Shown: positions 1-7,456 of the stretch, piece by piece
Layout of the letters: each line of letters begins with the position of its first letter
Position numbering within the stretch: position 1 is the first letter of the stretch
Assembly (NCBI RefSeq): GCF_001598795.1
Contig: NZ_BCZP01000025.1
Coordinates: forward strand, 48,595 to 80,594
From: Delftia acidovorans NBRC 14950
GTDB taxonomy: Bacteria; Pseudomonadota; Gammaproteobacteria; Burkholderiales; Burkholderiaceae_C
Length of the DNA stretch: 32,000 nucleotides
Reading direction: 5' to 3'
The notes under the pieces: model-generated
Databases searched by the model: none
Seen by the model: only the letters and a program-made list of their open reading frames with translations
Told to the model about the DNA's origin: nothing
Program-made: the position numbers and the translations under genes

Positions 1-470
1 TCAAGAACCTCATCACCTACGACTGGAACAGCGCCGTTCCCTGCAACTGCTACCGCAACTGGCAGAGCGTGGAGATCACCGGCCTGACGCTGTCGGGCAG
101 CACGCGCCTGGGCAGCGCCAACCTGGGCGCCTCGCTGGACTTCATGAACCCCGAGAACCTGGAGACCGGCAAGCTGCTGCCCTACCGCTCCAAGCGCATG
201 CTCAAGCTCAACGCCGACACCCAGGCGGCCGGCTGGACGCTGGGCGGCGAAGCGCAGCTGTACAGCGGCCGCTACGCAGACGAGGCGAATACCTTCAAGC
301 TGGGCGGCTACGGCGTGGTCAACCTCTACGCCCAGCGCCAGCTGACCAGGCAATGGGCGCTGCTGGCCCGCGTCAACAACATCGCCGACCGCGACTACGC
401 CCCCACGCGCGGCTACGCCAACGCAGGCCGCACCGTGTTCGTCAGCGTGCGCTGGACTCCCCTGCCCTGA
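1..470 (+). CDS. TonB-dependent outer-membrane receptor, C-terminal fragment (5' end upstream of window)
   Basis: Frame 3 is open from the window edge to TGA 468-470. The translation (NLITYDWNSAV...KLNADTQAAGWTLGGEAQLYSGRYADEANTFKLGGYGVVNLYAQRQL...ARVNNIADRDYAPTRGYANAGRTVFVSVRW) shows the amphipathic beta-strand pattern and the terminal aromatic barrel signature of TonB-dependent receptors. A BtuF-like binding protein starts 5 nt downstream, suggesting a BtuB-type receptor. Confidence 0.75.
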   Translation, partial: KNLITYDWNSAVPCNCYRNWQSVEITGLTLSGSTRLGSANLGASLDFMNPENLETGKLLPYRSKRMLKLNADTQAAGWTLGGEAQLYSGRYADEANTFKLGGYGVVNLYAQRQLTRQWALLARVNNIADRDYAPTRGYANAGRTVFVSVRWTPLP

Positions 471-475
471 CCGCC

Positions 476-1417
476 ATGCACCTGCTTGTGCGCCTTCCCC
501 GCCTTCTGCTGCTGATCGCCGCCCTGGCCTGCGCGGGCGGCGCCGTCGCGCAAAAGGCGGTGGATGCGAACCAAGGCAGCACAGGCGCGAGCACAGCCAC
601 GCCGTACACCGTCACCGACATGCGCGGGCGGCAGGTGCGCCTGGAGCGGGTGCCGCAGCGCATCGTCTCGCTGCTGCCCTCGCTGACCGAATCGCTGTGC
701 GCACTGGACGCCTGCGAGCGCATCGTGGGCGTGGACGAGTTCTCCAACCACCCGGCGCGTGTGGCCGCCTTGCCCAAGCTGGGCCACACCTTTGCCCCGC
801 TGGTCGAGGCCACCGTGCGGCTCAGGCCCGACGTGGTGCTGATGGCGTATTCCGCACCCGTCATCGCGCAGCTGGAGCGCTTCGGCATTCCTGTGCTGGC
901 GCTGGACGCCAATGACATGGCGCAGCTGGAGCAGGTGCTGCACAAGCTCGACCAGTTGCTGCAGGCGCAGCGCGCCAACGCCCTGCTGGCGCGCATGCAG
1001 GCCGAGGTGGACCAGCAGGCCAAGGCGCTGGCTGCGCACGCGCCCGCCGGGCAGAAGGTGTATTTCGAGGTGGACGCCACGCCTTACGCGGCAGGGCCGG
1101 ACTCCTTCATAGGCCAGCTGCTGCAGCGCCTGGGCGCGCGCAATATGCTGCCGCAGAAACTGGGTCCCTTCCCCCGCATCACGCCCGAATACGTGCTGCG
1201 CCAGCAGCCAGAACTCATCATCCACACGCCGCAGACTCCATCGGCCAGCTTTGCCACCCGCCCCGGCTGGAGCCGCATGCCCGCCGTGCGCTCCGGCCGC
1301 ATCTGCGCGCTGGACCTGGTCGAGACGGACGTGGTCTCCCGCCCCGGCCCGCGCCTGGGCGAGGCGGCGCGGGCGCTGGCCCGCTGCCTGCAGATGCCGG
1401 GCGCAGCGCCGCGTTGA
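476..1417 (+). CDS. Periplasmic substrate-binding protein, BtuF/FecB-like (cobalamin or iron-chelate ABC type)
   Basis: The listed ORF 353..1417 was trimmed to the in-frame ATG at 476, which gives a signal peptide MHLLVRLPRLLLLIAALACAGGAVA. IVSLLPSLTESLCALDA..RIVGVD.FSNHP and PDVVLM are typical of class III binding proteins. It lies adjacent to the TonB-dependent receptor. Confidence 0.8.
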   Translation: MHLLVRLPRLLLLIAALACAGGAVAQKAVDANQGSTGASTATPYTVTDMRGRQVRLERVPQRIVSLLPSLTESLCALDACERIVGVDEFSNHPARVAALPKLGHTFAPLVEATVRLRPDVVLMAYSAPVIAQLERFGIPVLALDANDMAQLEQVLHKLDQLLQAQRANALLARMQAEVDQQAKALAAHAPAGQKVYFEVDATPYAAGPDSFIGQLLQRLGARNMLPQKLGPFPRITPEYVLRQQPELIIHTPQTPSASFATRPGWSRMPAVRSGRICALDLVETDVVSRPGPRLGEAARALARCLQMPGAAPR

Positions 1418-1474
1418 CTTCGCTGGCCTGATTGGCCCGCTTGACCCGCTTGGCCTGCTTGCCCGATGACTTGC

Positions 1475-1795
1475 CTACTCCAGCACCACGGCCGTGCCGC
1501 TGGCAGACACCATCAACATGCCGTTGCCCTGGCCCAGCACCTCGTAATCCAGATCCACCCCCACCACGGCATTCGCGCCCAATTCCTGGGCGCGTTCCTC
1601 CAGCTCCTTGAGCGCAATCTCGCGCGCCCGCTGCAGCTCGCGCTCATAGGTGGCCGACCGCCCACCCACGATGTCGCGCAGCCCGGCAAACAAGTCCTTG
1701 AACACATTGGCGCCCAAAATCGCCTCGCCCGCGACCACGCCGCAGTAGCGGGTGATGCGGCGGCCTTCGATCTGGGGGGTGGTGGTGATGATCAT
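1475..1795 (-). CDS. ybjQ: YbjQ/UPF0145 family protein
   Basis: 106 aa. [55 protein letters not shown]...[15 protein letters not shown] matches the YbjQ family over its whole length. A GAGGA Shine-Dalgarno lies upstream on the minus strand. Confidence 0.85.
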   Translation of the reverse strand: MIITTTPQIEGRRITRYCGVVAGEAILGANVFKDLFAGLRDIVGGRSATYERELQRAREIALKELEERAQELGANAVVGVDLDYEVLGQGNGMLMVSASGTAVVLE

Positions 1796-2121
1796 GAGAA
1801 ATCCTCGGTGAGTGACGGAGATAAGCCTTGAGCGCCAAGCCGGCCGGCGATCGGTTCAAGGAAGAACTGAACCAGGGCAGTCTGCCATAGGCCTGGAGTA
1901 TCATCTCGCGCAAAGTGCTGAACACACTTCTTGCTAGCCGGTAAGCCGCTCCCGAAAGCATTGTTGGAAAAATGCTTGGAGGCCTTATGGCTATTTTCTT
2001 TGCGGGCGTTTCAAGGCCCTTCCCCATCTCAATTTCCACTGCGCCACAGCTCTCTGATCTGTACATCGCTTCTTACCCTTTCTCCGCGCCCGGCTCCAAG
2101 CCATTTCGCTAAGGAGTCGCC

Positions 2122-2592
2122 ATGTTGTACTTTCAGATGTCGGAAGATGAGTTCAACCAACTGAACCGCGTGCGAGAACAATGGGGACTCATCTCAAGCT
2201 TGCTGATTGGCGCTTACCCCAGCAATCCCATGGAGGTTGTCGATTCCAATGAGCTGCTTGCCTTTATCAATGCGCAGATTGAGGCGATGGAGGCAGTTGT
2301 GGGGGCGATAAGGCAAAGGGGCGTGATGAAACAGCTGACTGAGGAGAAAATCCTGGCGAAAGCCGTATCCGAGATCCGTCTTCTCCTGAGCGGATATCTG
2401 GGGAGCAACGTGGATGCGGATCCGAGCGTACGGATCGCAGCGCACCTGGCCTATGCCCTGCACAACGATGCATTGGCCGTGCTGGAGGGAAATGGCTTCA
2501 GCGCCGACGAAGCGCTGAAGCGGGTGGCGGCCGTGGACTCGCTTCTAGGAGTCGAGGTGGGGAGTGAATTCGTTCGCAGCTTGGAAGCTTAG
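2122..2592 (+). CDS. Hypothetical acidic all-helical protein (156 aa), no family recognised
   Basis: AAGGAG Shine-Dalgarno at 2110-2115 and ATG at 2122. It sits in a clearly lower-GC stretch, has a coding-like codon pattern and its own hairpin terminator. An alternative start exists at ATG 2137. Confidence 0.55.
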   Translation: MLYFQMSEDEFNQLNRVREQWGLISSLLIGAYPSNPMEVVDSNELLAFINAQIEAMEAVVGAIRQRGVMKQLTEEKILAKAVSEIRLLLSGYLGSNVDADPSVRIAAHLAYALHNDALAVLEGNGFSADEALKRVAAVDSLLGVEVGSEFVRSLEA

Positions 2593-2608
2593 AGCCCTCT
2601 CAAGACCA

Positions 2609-2640
2609 AGGGGCAATGACAGCATTGCCCCTTTCCTTCT
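2609..2640 (+). terminator. Rho-independent-like terminator of 2122..2592
   Basis: Perfect 10-bp stem AGGGGCAATG / CATTGCCCCT (2609-2618 and 2623-2632) with loop ACAG, followed by pyrimidine/T-rich TTCCTTCTT. It begins 16 nt after the TAG stop. Confidence 0.6.
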
Positions 2641-2873
2641 TCCCAAGCCGCCCCAGAATGCCCAGCCTCGACCTACAGTTCGCCTGCATGCGCACCAGCC
2701 AGACCTACAACGGTATGATGCCTGCCGGCACCGAACACCAACACTGATGCTTTGGAGCAGATAACAGCTCTTACCTGATTGATGCCATGGTGCGCTTGCG
2801 AGATCCGCCCCTTGAGAGCATGCGTTTATTCAATTAAAAACATCTCAGAAATGCATTCTTAATAGGAGTAGAA

Positions 2874-3176
2874 ATGCACTGCCAAAAATGTAGTCATGAA
2901 TTTCAAGCGACCGATGTTCGCTGCATCAACTGCGGAGCGACCTTGATCTATGAAGCAAACGGTCATTCCAAGGAATACAAGGAAGCCGCAAGCTTCCTGG
3001 ACTCAAAAATTTTTGCTGGAATGGGGGCCTTGATCGGATTTTCCATCGTGGCCTTTCTGTTGAAATTCATCTTTACTTCTCATTGGCTTTCAGATAGAGC
3101 AGTTTTCATGGCTGCGATGTGCGGCGGCTTGATCGGCGGTGTACTTGGACGCTTTATTCAAAAGCGCCAGCAATAA
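2874..3176 (+). CDS. Small zinc-ribbon membrane protein (100 aa)
   Basis: AGGAG Shine-Dalgarno at 2864-2868. The N-terminal CxxC-x13-CxxC (MHCQKCSHEFQATDVRCINCG) is followed by two hydrophobic segments (FAGMGALIGFSIVAFLLKFIF and AVFMAAMCGGLIGGVLG, the latter glycine-zipper-like). AT-rich upstream region and low-GC context. Confidence 0.6.
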   Translation: MHCQKCSHEFQATDVRCINCGATLIYEANGHSKEYKEAASFLDSKIFAGMGALIGFSIVAFLLKFIFTSHWLSDRAVFMAAMCGGLIGGVLGRFIQKRQQ

Positions 3177-3491
3177 TCAAAAAACGGAAGAAGGCACGAA
3201 GGCTTGGATCAGGGGTTGCATCTGTAGCCACAGTCGTTGCCTACAGGTCGTGATCGGTTCGTGCCGCATGGTGACGCGGGACATTCCGCCTAGCGTGATC
3301 GCTGCGGCCGTGCCTCACGGTGCGCGCGATCACGGATGAGGGCAAGACCGGCTTTCCTGCCCGGGCCTGCGGTCACCCGGCTCGGCAGCAGGCTCAGGCG
3401 GGCTGCCTTCCTTTCATCGGCCTGCATGATCCGGACACCACGCGGCTGCCCGAACAGCCCCATAATCTGGCTTCAAAATTTCACGACACCA

Positions 3492-3833
3492 ATGACACAG
3501 TCCCTCAAAGAACTCCTTGCGGCCAAGGCCGCGCTGGACATGGAAATTGCCAAGGCCCGCACCTCGGCGGCCGACGCTGCCCTGTCCAAGGTCCAGAAGC
3601 TGGTGACCGATTTCGGGTTCACCCAGCAGCAAGTGTTCCCCTACATCCCTGAAAAAACCAGTGCGCCGGCGAAGTATCGCGATCCGGCTACGGGAGCGAC
3701 GTGGACAGGTCGAGGCAAGCCTCCGAACTGGATCAAGGACCAGGATCGCGACGACTTCCTCATCGAAAGCAAACCCGAAGCGGCCCAAGGCCCGTTTCTC
3801 GCCGAAATGGCGGCAGCGGCAGCTCGCAACTGA
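3492..3833 (+). CDS. H-NS-like nucleoid-associated DNA-binding protein
   Basis: ORF 3336..3833 was trimmed to ATG 3492. The N-terminal coiled-coil MTQSLKELLAAKAALDMEIAKAR and the C-terminal YRDPATGATWTGRGKPPNWI match the H-NS/Bv3F-type DNA-binding motif (TW[ST]GRG..P.W). CATAAT (3459-3464) is a possible -10 box. Confidence 0.85.
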   Translation: MTQSLKELLAAKAALDMEIAKARTSAADAALSKVQKLVTDFGFTQQQVFPYIPEKTSAPAKYRDPATGATWTGRGKPPNWIKDQDRDDFLIESKPEAAQGPFLAEMAAAAARN

Positions 3834-3909
3834 AAGCGCTGCACACGGCGGCACGCAGGATGCCGTGCGGTGCGGTGGAGTTCCGATGCGAAGGAATCTG
3901 TGCCTGCCG

Positions 3910-3945
3910 AAAAAAAGCCCTCTGAGCATTCAGCGGGCTTTTTTT
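3910..3945. terminator. Bidirectional intrinsic terminator between convergent hns-like and ABM genes
   Basis: A7 tract (3910-3916), stem GCCCTCTGA / TCAGCGGGC (3917-3925 and 3930-3938, one T:C mismatch), loop GCAT, then T7 tract (3939-3945). The symmetric layout allows termination in both directions. Confidence 0.7.
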
Positions 3946-4046
3946 CCGGCCTGGCGCCGGCGACGTAGTCACTTCCGGCATCTTTCGAGGGCGTGCATCG
4001 CGCTCCGGCAGGGGGATCAGCCGGGCCTTTGCGGCACCGCAAGCGC

Positions 4047-4421
4047 TCAGGCGTGGCTGACCGGGCAGCTGCCCGCCTTGCCCATGATGCTGTCCGCAGG
4101 CGCCTGCGCGCGGTCATTCAGTCCGTAGTCGCGCAGCACCTGGGTGACGCGCACGCGGTAGTCCTTGAAGATCTTGTCGCGGCCGGCGCGCTGGGCGCTG
4201 AGGTGGGCTTCCACGTTGCGCCACTGGACGACGGCTTCCTCATCGCGCCAGGTGGTGACGGACATGACTTTCTCGGGGTTGAGCGTGCTCTGGAAGCATT
4301 CCACGGAGATAAACCCCTCCATGGGCTTGAGCATGGGGGTGAGCTTGTTGACCAGGTCCACATAGGTCTGGTTCTGGCCGGGCAAGGCCTGCAGTTCGAA
4401 CAGTACGACAACCATCTTCAA
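4047..4421 (-). CDS. Antibiotic-biosynthesis-monooxygenase (ABM) domain protein
   Basis: 124 aa. MKMVVVLFELQALPGQ...GFISVECFQS..NPEKVMSVTTWRDEEAVVQWRN..H is the ferredoxin-like ABM fold pattern. AAGGAGAG Shine-Dalgarno upstream. It is the last gene of a same-strand four-gene run. Confidence 0.8.
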   Translation of the reverse strand: MKMVVVLFELQALPGQNQTYVDLVNKLTPMLKPMEGFISVECFQSTLNPEKVMSVTTWRDEEAVVQWRNVEAHLSAQRAGRDKIFKDYRVRVTQVLRDYGLNDRAQAPADSIMGKAGSCPVSHA

Positions 4422-4509
4422 CTCTCCTTTTTTCGGGAACAGAGATTCCGGCGCCGCGCAGCGGCGGCTCCGGCGTGGGGGAAATGGGTGAATGGGCGGC
4501 GCCGCAGGT

Positions 4510-5214
4510 TCAGCGGCTGCGCGCCAGGTTGGTCAGCCAGGCGGCCAGCACATTGCGCGCGGCCAGGGCCAGCAGGCCGCCGTATTTCTGGGCATCGGCA
4601 CGCAGGGTGCGCGGGTCCACCTGGGCGACGCCCAGTTCACAGGCATGGCCGACCAGCCAGCGCTCCAGCCGGGCCGCGTCGGCCTCCAGATGGAATTGCA
4701 GGCCCAGCACCTGCGGGCCCACGGCGAAGGCCTGGTTGGCGCCGATGGCGGTGCCGGCCAGGTGCACGGCGCCTTCGGGAATGTCGAACTGGTCGCCATG
4801 CCAATGGAGCACGGGCACGCCGTCCAGTTTGGCGAGGGGCGAGGCCAGGCCGGCGTCGGTGAGCGTGAGCGGCGAAAAGCCGATTTCCTTGACGCCCAGC
4901 GGGTAGACCCTGGCGCCCAGCGCGCGCGCAATGAGCTGGGCGCCCAGGCAGATGCCCAGCAGCGGCTTGCCGCTGTCCAGCCAGCGGCGCACGGCCGCCA
5001 GCTCCTGGGCGACGAAGGGATAAAGCGCCTCGTCATAGGCACCTATGGGGCCGCCCAGCACGACAAGCAGGTCGGCACGGCCCAGGTCCAGGGTGTCAAG
5101 CTCGCCGATGCTGGGATCGACGTACTGCACTTCGTAGCCGCGGCTGGCGAACTCGGCATGCAGGGTGCCCAGGTCTTCGAAGTGGATGTGGCGCAGCGCG
5201 ATGGCTTTTTTCAT
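4510..5214 (-). CDS. Stand-alone class-I glutamine amidotransferase (GuaA-N/PuuD-like)
   Basis: ORF 4510..5856 was trimmed to ATG (CAT at 5212-5214), giving 234 aa. DLLVVLGGP, the nucleophile elbow LLGICLGAQL, then HWHGD and LGLQFHLE give a complete Cys-His-Glu triad context. Confidence 0.85.
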   Translation of the reverse strand: MKKAIALRHIHFEDLGTLHAEFASRGYEVQYVDPSIGELDTLDLGRADLLVVLGGPIGAYDEALYPFVAQELAAVRRWLDSGKPLLGICLGAQLIARALGARVYPLGVKEIGFSPLTLTDAGLASPLAKLDGVPVLHWHGDQFDIPEGAVHLAGTAIGANQAFAVGPQVLGLQFHLEADAARLERWLVGHACELGVAQVDPRTLRADAQKYGGLLALAARNVLAAWLTNLARSR

Positions 5215-5264
5215 GGGAAAACTCAGGTGGATACAGGAGGATGGCTTGGAACGTGCGGAGCCAG

Positions 5265-6344
5265 TCAGGCGCCGGGCTTGAGATCGACGTGGATATGGCC
5301 TGCCGAGGGGAAGGTGCAGCAGGCCAAGGCATAGCCGGCTTCCTTTTCCCTGTCGCTGAGGCAAAAGTCCGCCTCCAGCCGTGAACTGCCTCCCGTGATG
5401 CGGATGCGGCAGCTGCCGCAGATGCCGGCCCGGCACTGGCTGCGGATGGCAATGCCCACGCCTTCCAGGATTTCCAGCAGGCTTTTGCCGGACGCGGCTT
5501 CGACAATCTGCCCGCTGTGCGCGATCTGCAGCTGGCATGCCTGCGCGGTCTCGCCTGGCTGGGCAGTGGATGCGGCAGGCGGCGTGAAGGCCTCGATGTG
5601 CTGTATGGCACCGGGAAAGCAGGCCCGCGCATGCTCGCGAAAGGTCTGCGCAAAGGCGTGGCCGCCGCAGATGACCACCGCCTGGGGCTGGCCCAGCGCC
5701 AGCAGGGACTGCTGCGAGGGGCGGCCCGGCACGAAGGGGCCGTGGGCGGCAATGTCTTCGCGCGTGATGTGGATACGCAGGTCGAACCAGGGGGCCGTTT
5801 CGCACAGCTGCTGCAGCTCCTGCAGGAACGGAATGTCGGCCATGCGCGCAAAGCACAGCAGCAGCGTAGTGCGCGGCACGCGCCGGCCCTGCTGTTGCAG
5901 CCGGTCCAGTTCGCGCAGCAGCGCCAGCGGCAGGGTCAGGCCGATGCCGCCGGCCAGCATGACCAGGCAGTCCAGGCCCAGCACCAGGTCGGCCGTGATG
6001 TCACCGGCCACGTGGCCGAGCGGCAGCGTGGAGCCTGCGCGCAGCACCGCATGCATGTGGTCGGAGACGCTGCCCCGGCCCGAGCTTTTGACGGCAATGT
6101 CGAACTGGCCGGCGCCGTCGTGCTCGCTGCAGGGCTCGTAGCGGGTGATGGAGTACAGCCGCTGCTGCACGGCGCCACTGGCGTCGGGATGCTCGACGGC
6201 CACATGCCGACCGGGCCGCAGGCCGCCGAGGAACTGCGCCGAGGCGCCCTGCACGCGCAGGGTGTAGACCATGACGCCGCCCGCCTCTGCCCGTGCCGCG
6301 GCGCAGCGCGCCAGCGTGCTGCCTGCCTGGAGGGCGGCGCTCAT
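5265..6344 (-). CDS. FNR-like flavin reductase with C-terminal plant-type [2Fe-2S] ferredoxin domain (PDR/VanB/PaaE domain order)
   Basis: ORF 5265..7124 was trimmed to ATG (CAT 6342-6344), giving 359 aa. It has the flavin motif RLYSIT, the NAD(P) motif MLAGGIGLTLP, and the cluster motif CRAGICGSC...ALACC. Its start codon overlaps the stop of the upstream oxygenase (ATGA). Confidence 0.85.
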   Translation of the reverse strand: MSAALQAGSTLARCAAARAEAGGVMVYTLRVQGASAQFLGGLRPGRHVAVEHPDASGAVQQRLYSITRYEPCSEHDGAGQFDIAVKSSGRGSVSDHMHAVLRAGSTLPLGHVAGDITADLVLGLDCLVMLAGGIGLTLPLALLRELDRLQQQGRRVPRTTLLLCFARMADIPFLQELQQLCETAPWFDLRIHITREDIAAHGPFVPGRPSQQSLLALGQPQAVVICGGHAFAQTFREHARACFPGAIQHIEAFTPPAASTAQPGETAQACQLQIAHSGQIVEAASGKSLLEILEGVGIAIRSQCRAGICGSCRIRITGGSSRLEADFCLSDREKEAGYALACCTFPSAGHIHVDLKPGA

Positions 6345-7303
6345 GCCTGCATCTCCTCGAGGACCGAGGACACCAGCGCCACGCTGCCGCCCAGGTTGCG
6401 GCCCGCAAGGCCGATGCGGTCGATCAGGCTTTGCACCGAGTCGGTGTAGACGCCGATCTCGTTGCTGTCGCCCACGTCGTGCAGGATGTCGCGCGCATGC
6501 GGCATGCCGACCATGGTGAAGACGGTGGACCAGGCGCCCAGTTCGTTGTTGGCGAACATCTGCACGGTCTTGAGGATGATGGAGCGCAGGTAGCTGCGCT
6601 CGCGGTTGCTCAGGCCCTGGACGATGTCGGTGGCCACCGAGCTGAAGACGCTGGAGTGGCTCCATTCGTCCACGGCGTGGGTGCGCGTGACCTCGTGGCA
6701 GATGGGCTGGATGGAGCGGTCCTCGGCCATGGTCTTGAGGTAGTCGGTGATCAGGGTCTCGCTGGCACAGGCAATGGCGAAGCGGGCCAGGCGGCGCTCC
6801 CATTCCGCGCCGCACTGCGCCAGCACGCCGTTGCGCCAGCCGACGAGGTTGAAGTCCGCGTAGTCCAGCGGCGCCAGGCCGCGCATCTCGTAGATGTAGT
6901 TGCAGGCCATGATGGACATGCGGGTGTGCAGGGCCTCGTCCAGCAGGGCCTGGGACATGACGTCCTGCAGCAGCGCCCGGTTGGCGCTGGGCGGCGGGGT
7001 CTTGATGATGTCCTCGCAGGCCGGCGTGACCACGTTGCACTCGATGTAGATGGTCTTGAGGTTGTAGATGCCCCAGGCGTAGGACAGGCATTGGTCGCGC
7101 AGGTGCTGTGGCGCCTCCACCCATGCCTGGTGGTCGCGAAACGGCAGCAGCGAGGCGGTGAAGTCCTGCCGGGCGGGGTCGAACGCCAAGCCGCAGTAAT
7201 CAGGCAGGTCCTGATTCACGGCCGCTCTTGACTTCCAGAGCAGGGACAGCTTTTTGAGCGCATCGCGCACGGCGTCATCTGTCCGAGAGATATCGAGATT
7301 CAT
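6341..7303 (-). CDS. AurF/CmlI-family (PF11583-like) non-heme diiron oxygenase
   Basis: 320 aa. Ligand motifs appear in AurF order: IECNVVTPA (Glu), LLDEALHTRM (E..H), ACASETLITDYL (Glu), THAVDEWSHSS (H-x3-E-x2-H with the extra His typical of AurF). The N-terminal SRAAVNQDLPDY resembles AurF RRAAVVNKADI. GGAG Shine-Dalgarno lies 7 nt upstream. Confidence 0.8.
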   Translation of the reverse strand: MNLDISRTDDAVRDALKKLSLLWKSRAAVNQDLPDYCGLAFDPARQDFTASLLPFRDHQAWVEAPQHLRDQCLSYAWGIYNLKTIYIECNVVTPACEDIIKTPPPSANRALLQDVMSQALLDEALHTRMSIMACNYIYEMRGLAPLDYADFNLVGWRNGVLAQCGAEWERRLARFAIACASETLITDYLKTMAEDRSIQPICHEVTRTHAVDEWSHSSVFSSVATDIVQGLSNRERSYLRSIILKTVQMFANNELGAWSTVFTMVGMPHARDILHDVGDSNEIGVYTDSVQSLIDRIGLAGRNLGGSVALVSSVLEEMQA

Positions 7304-7384
7304 TTTTCAACTCCGTGTAATTGAACTTGGTTGATCTGAGTCAAATCGCCTATTCCCTCCCCCCGCTTTCTCCATCCGCCGCAA

Positions 7385-7456
7385 TCACCAATGGCGCTGC
7401 AAATGACGATGCAAATGACGATGCACATGGCGCTTCAAATGACGCTGCAGATGGCA
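7385..7456. repeat. Six degenerate tandem copies of a 12-bp unit (consensus approx. MTGCAAATGRCG)
   Basis: TCACCAATGGCG / CTGCAAATGACG / ATGCAAATGACG / ATGCACATGGCG / CTTCAAATGACG / CTGCAGATGGCA. The array lies in a low-GC divergent intergenic region, 82-153 bp upstream of the AurF-like start. Confidence 0.8.

Noticed and set aside
353-475. N-terminal extensions of listed ORFs: 353-475, 5215-5856, 6345-7124, 7693-7821, 17627-18379, 19684-20682, 28424-28801 and 30098-30478.
   Set aside because: The extensions overlap upstream genes in other frames and are Arg/Pro/Ala-rich. They precede internal ATGs that have Shine-Dalgarno sequences and match the family N-termini, so the CDSs were trimmed accordingly.
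1644-2066. 140-aa minus-strand ORF running from the low-GC islet into ybjQ.
   Set aside because: It overlaps the well-supported ybjQ CDS in another frame, lacks a Shine-Dalgarno and has no recognisable features.
1796-3491. The low-GC islet considered as a bona fide mobile element or prophage remnant.
   Set aside because: No integrase, transposase, tRNA attachment site or flanking direct repeats are visible in the window. It is therefore reported only as a compositional islet, not as a mobile_element feature.
7385-7456. Tandem 12-bp repeats considered as a CRISPR-like array.
   Set aside because: The units are contiguous with no spacers and are far too short and degenerate. No cas genes are present.
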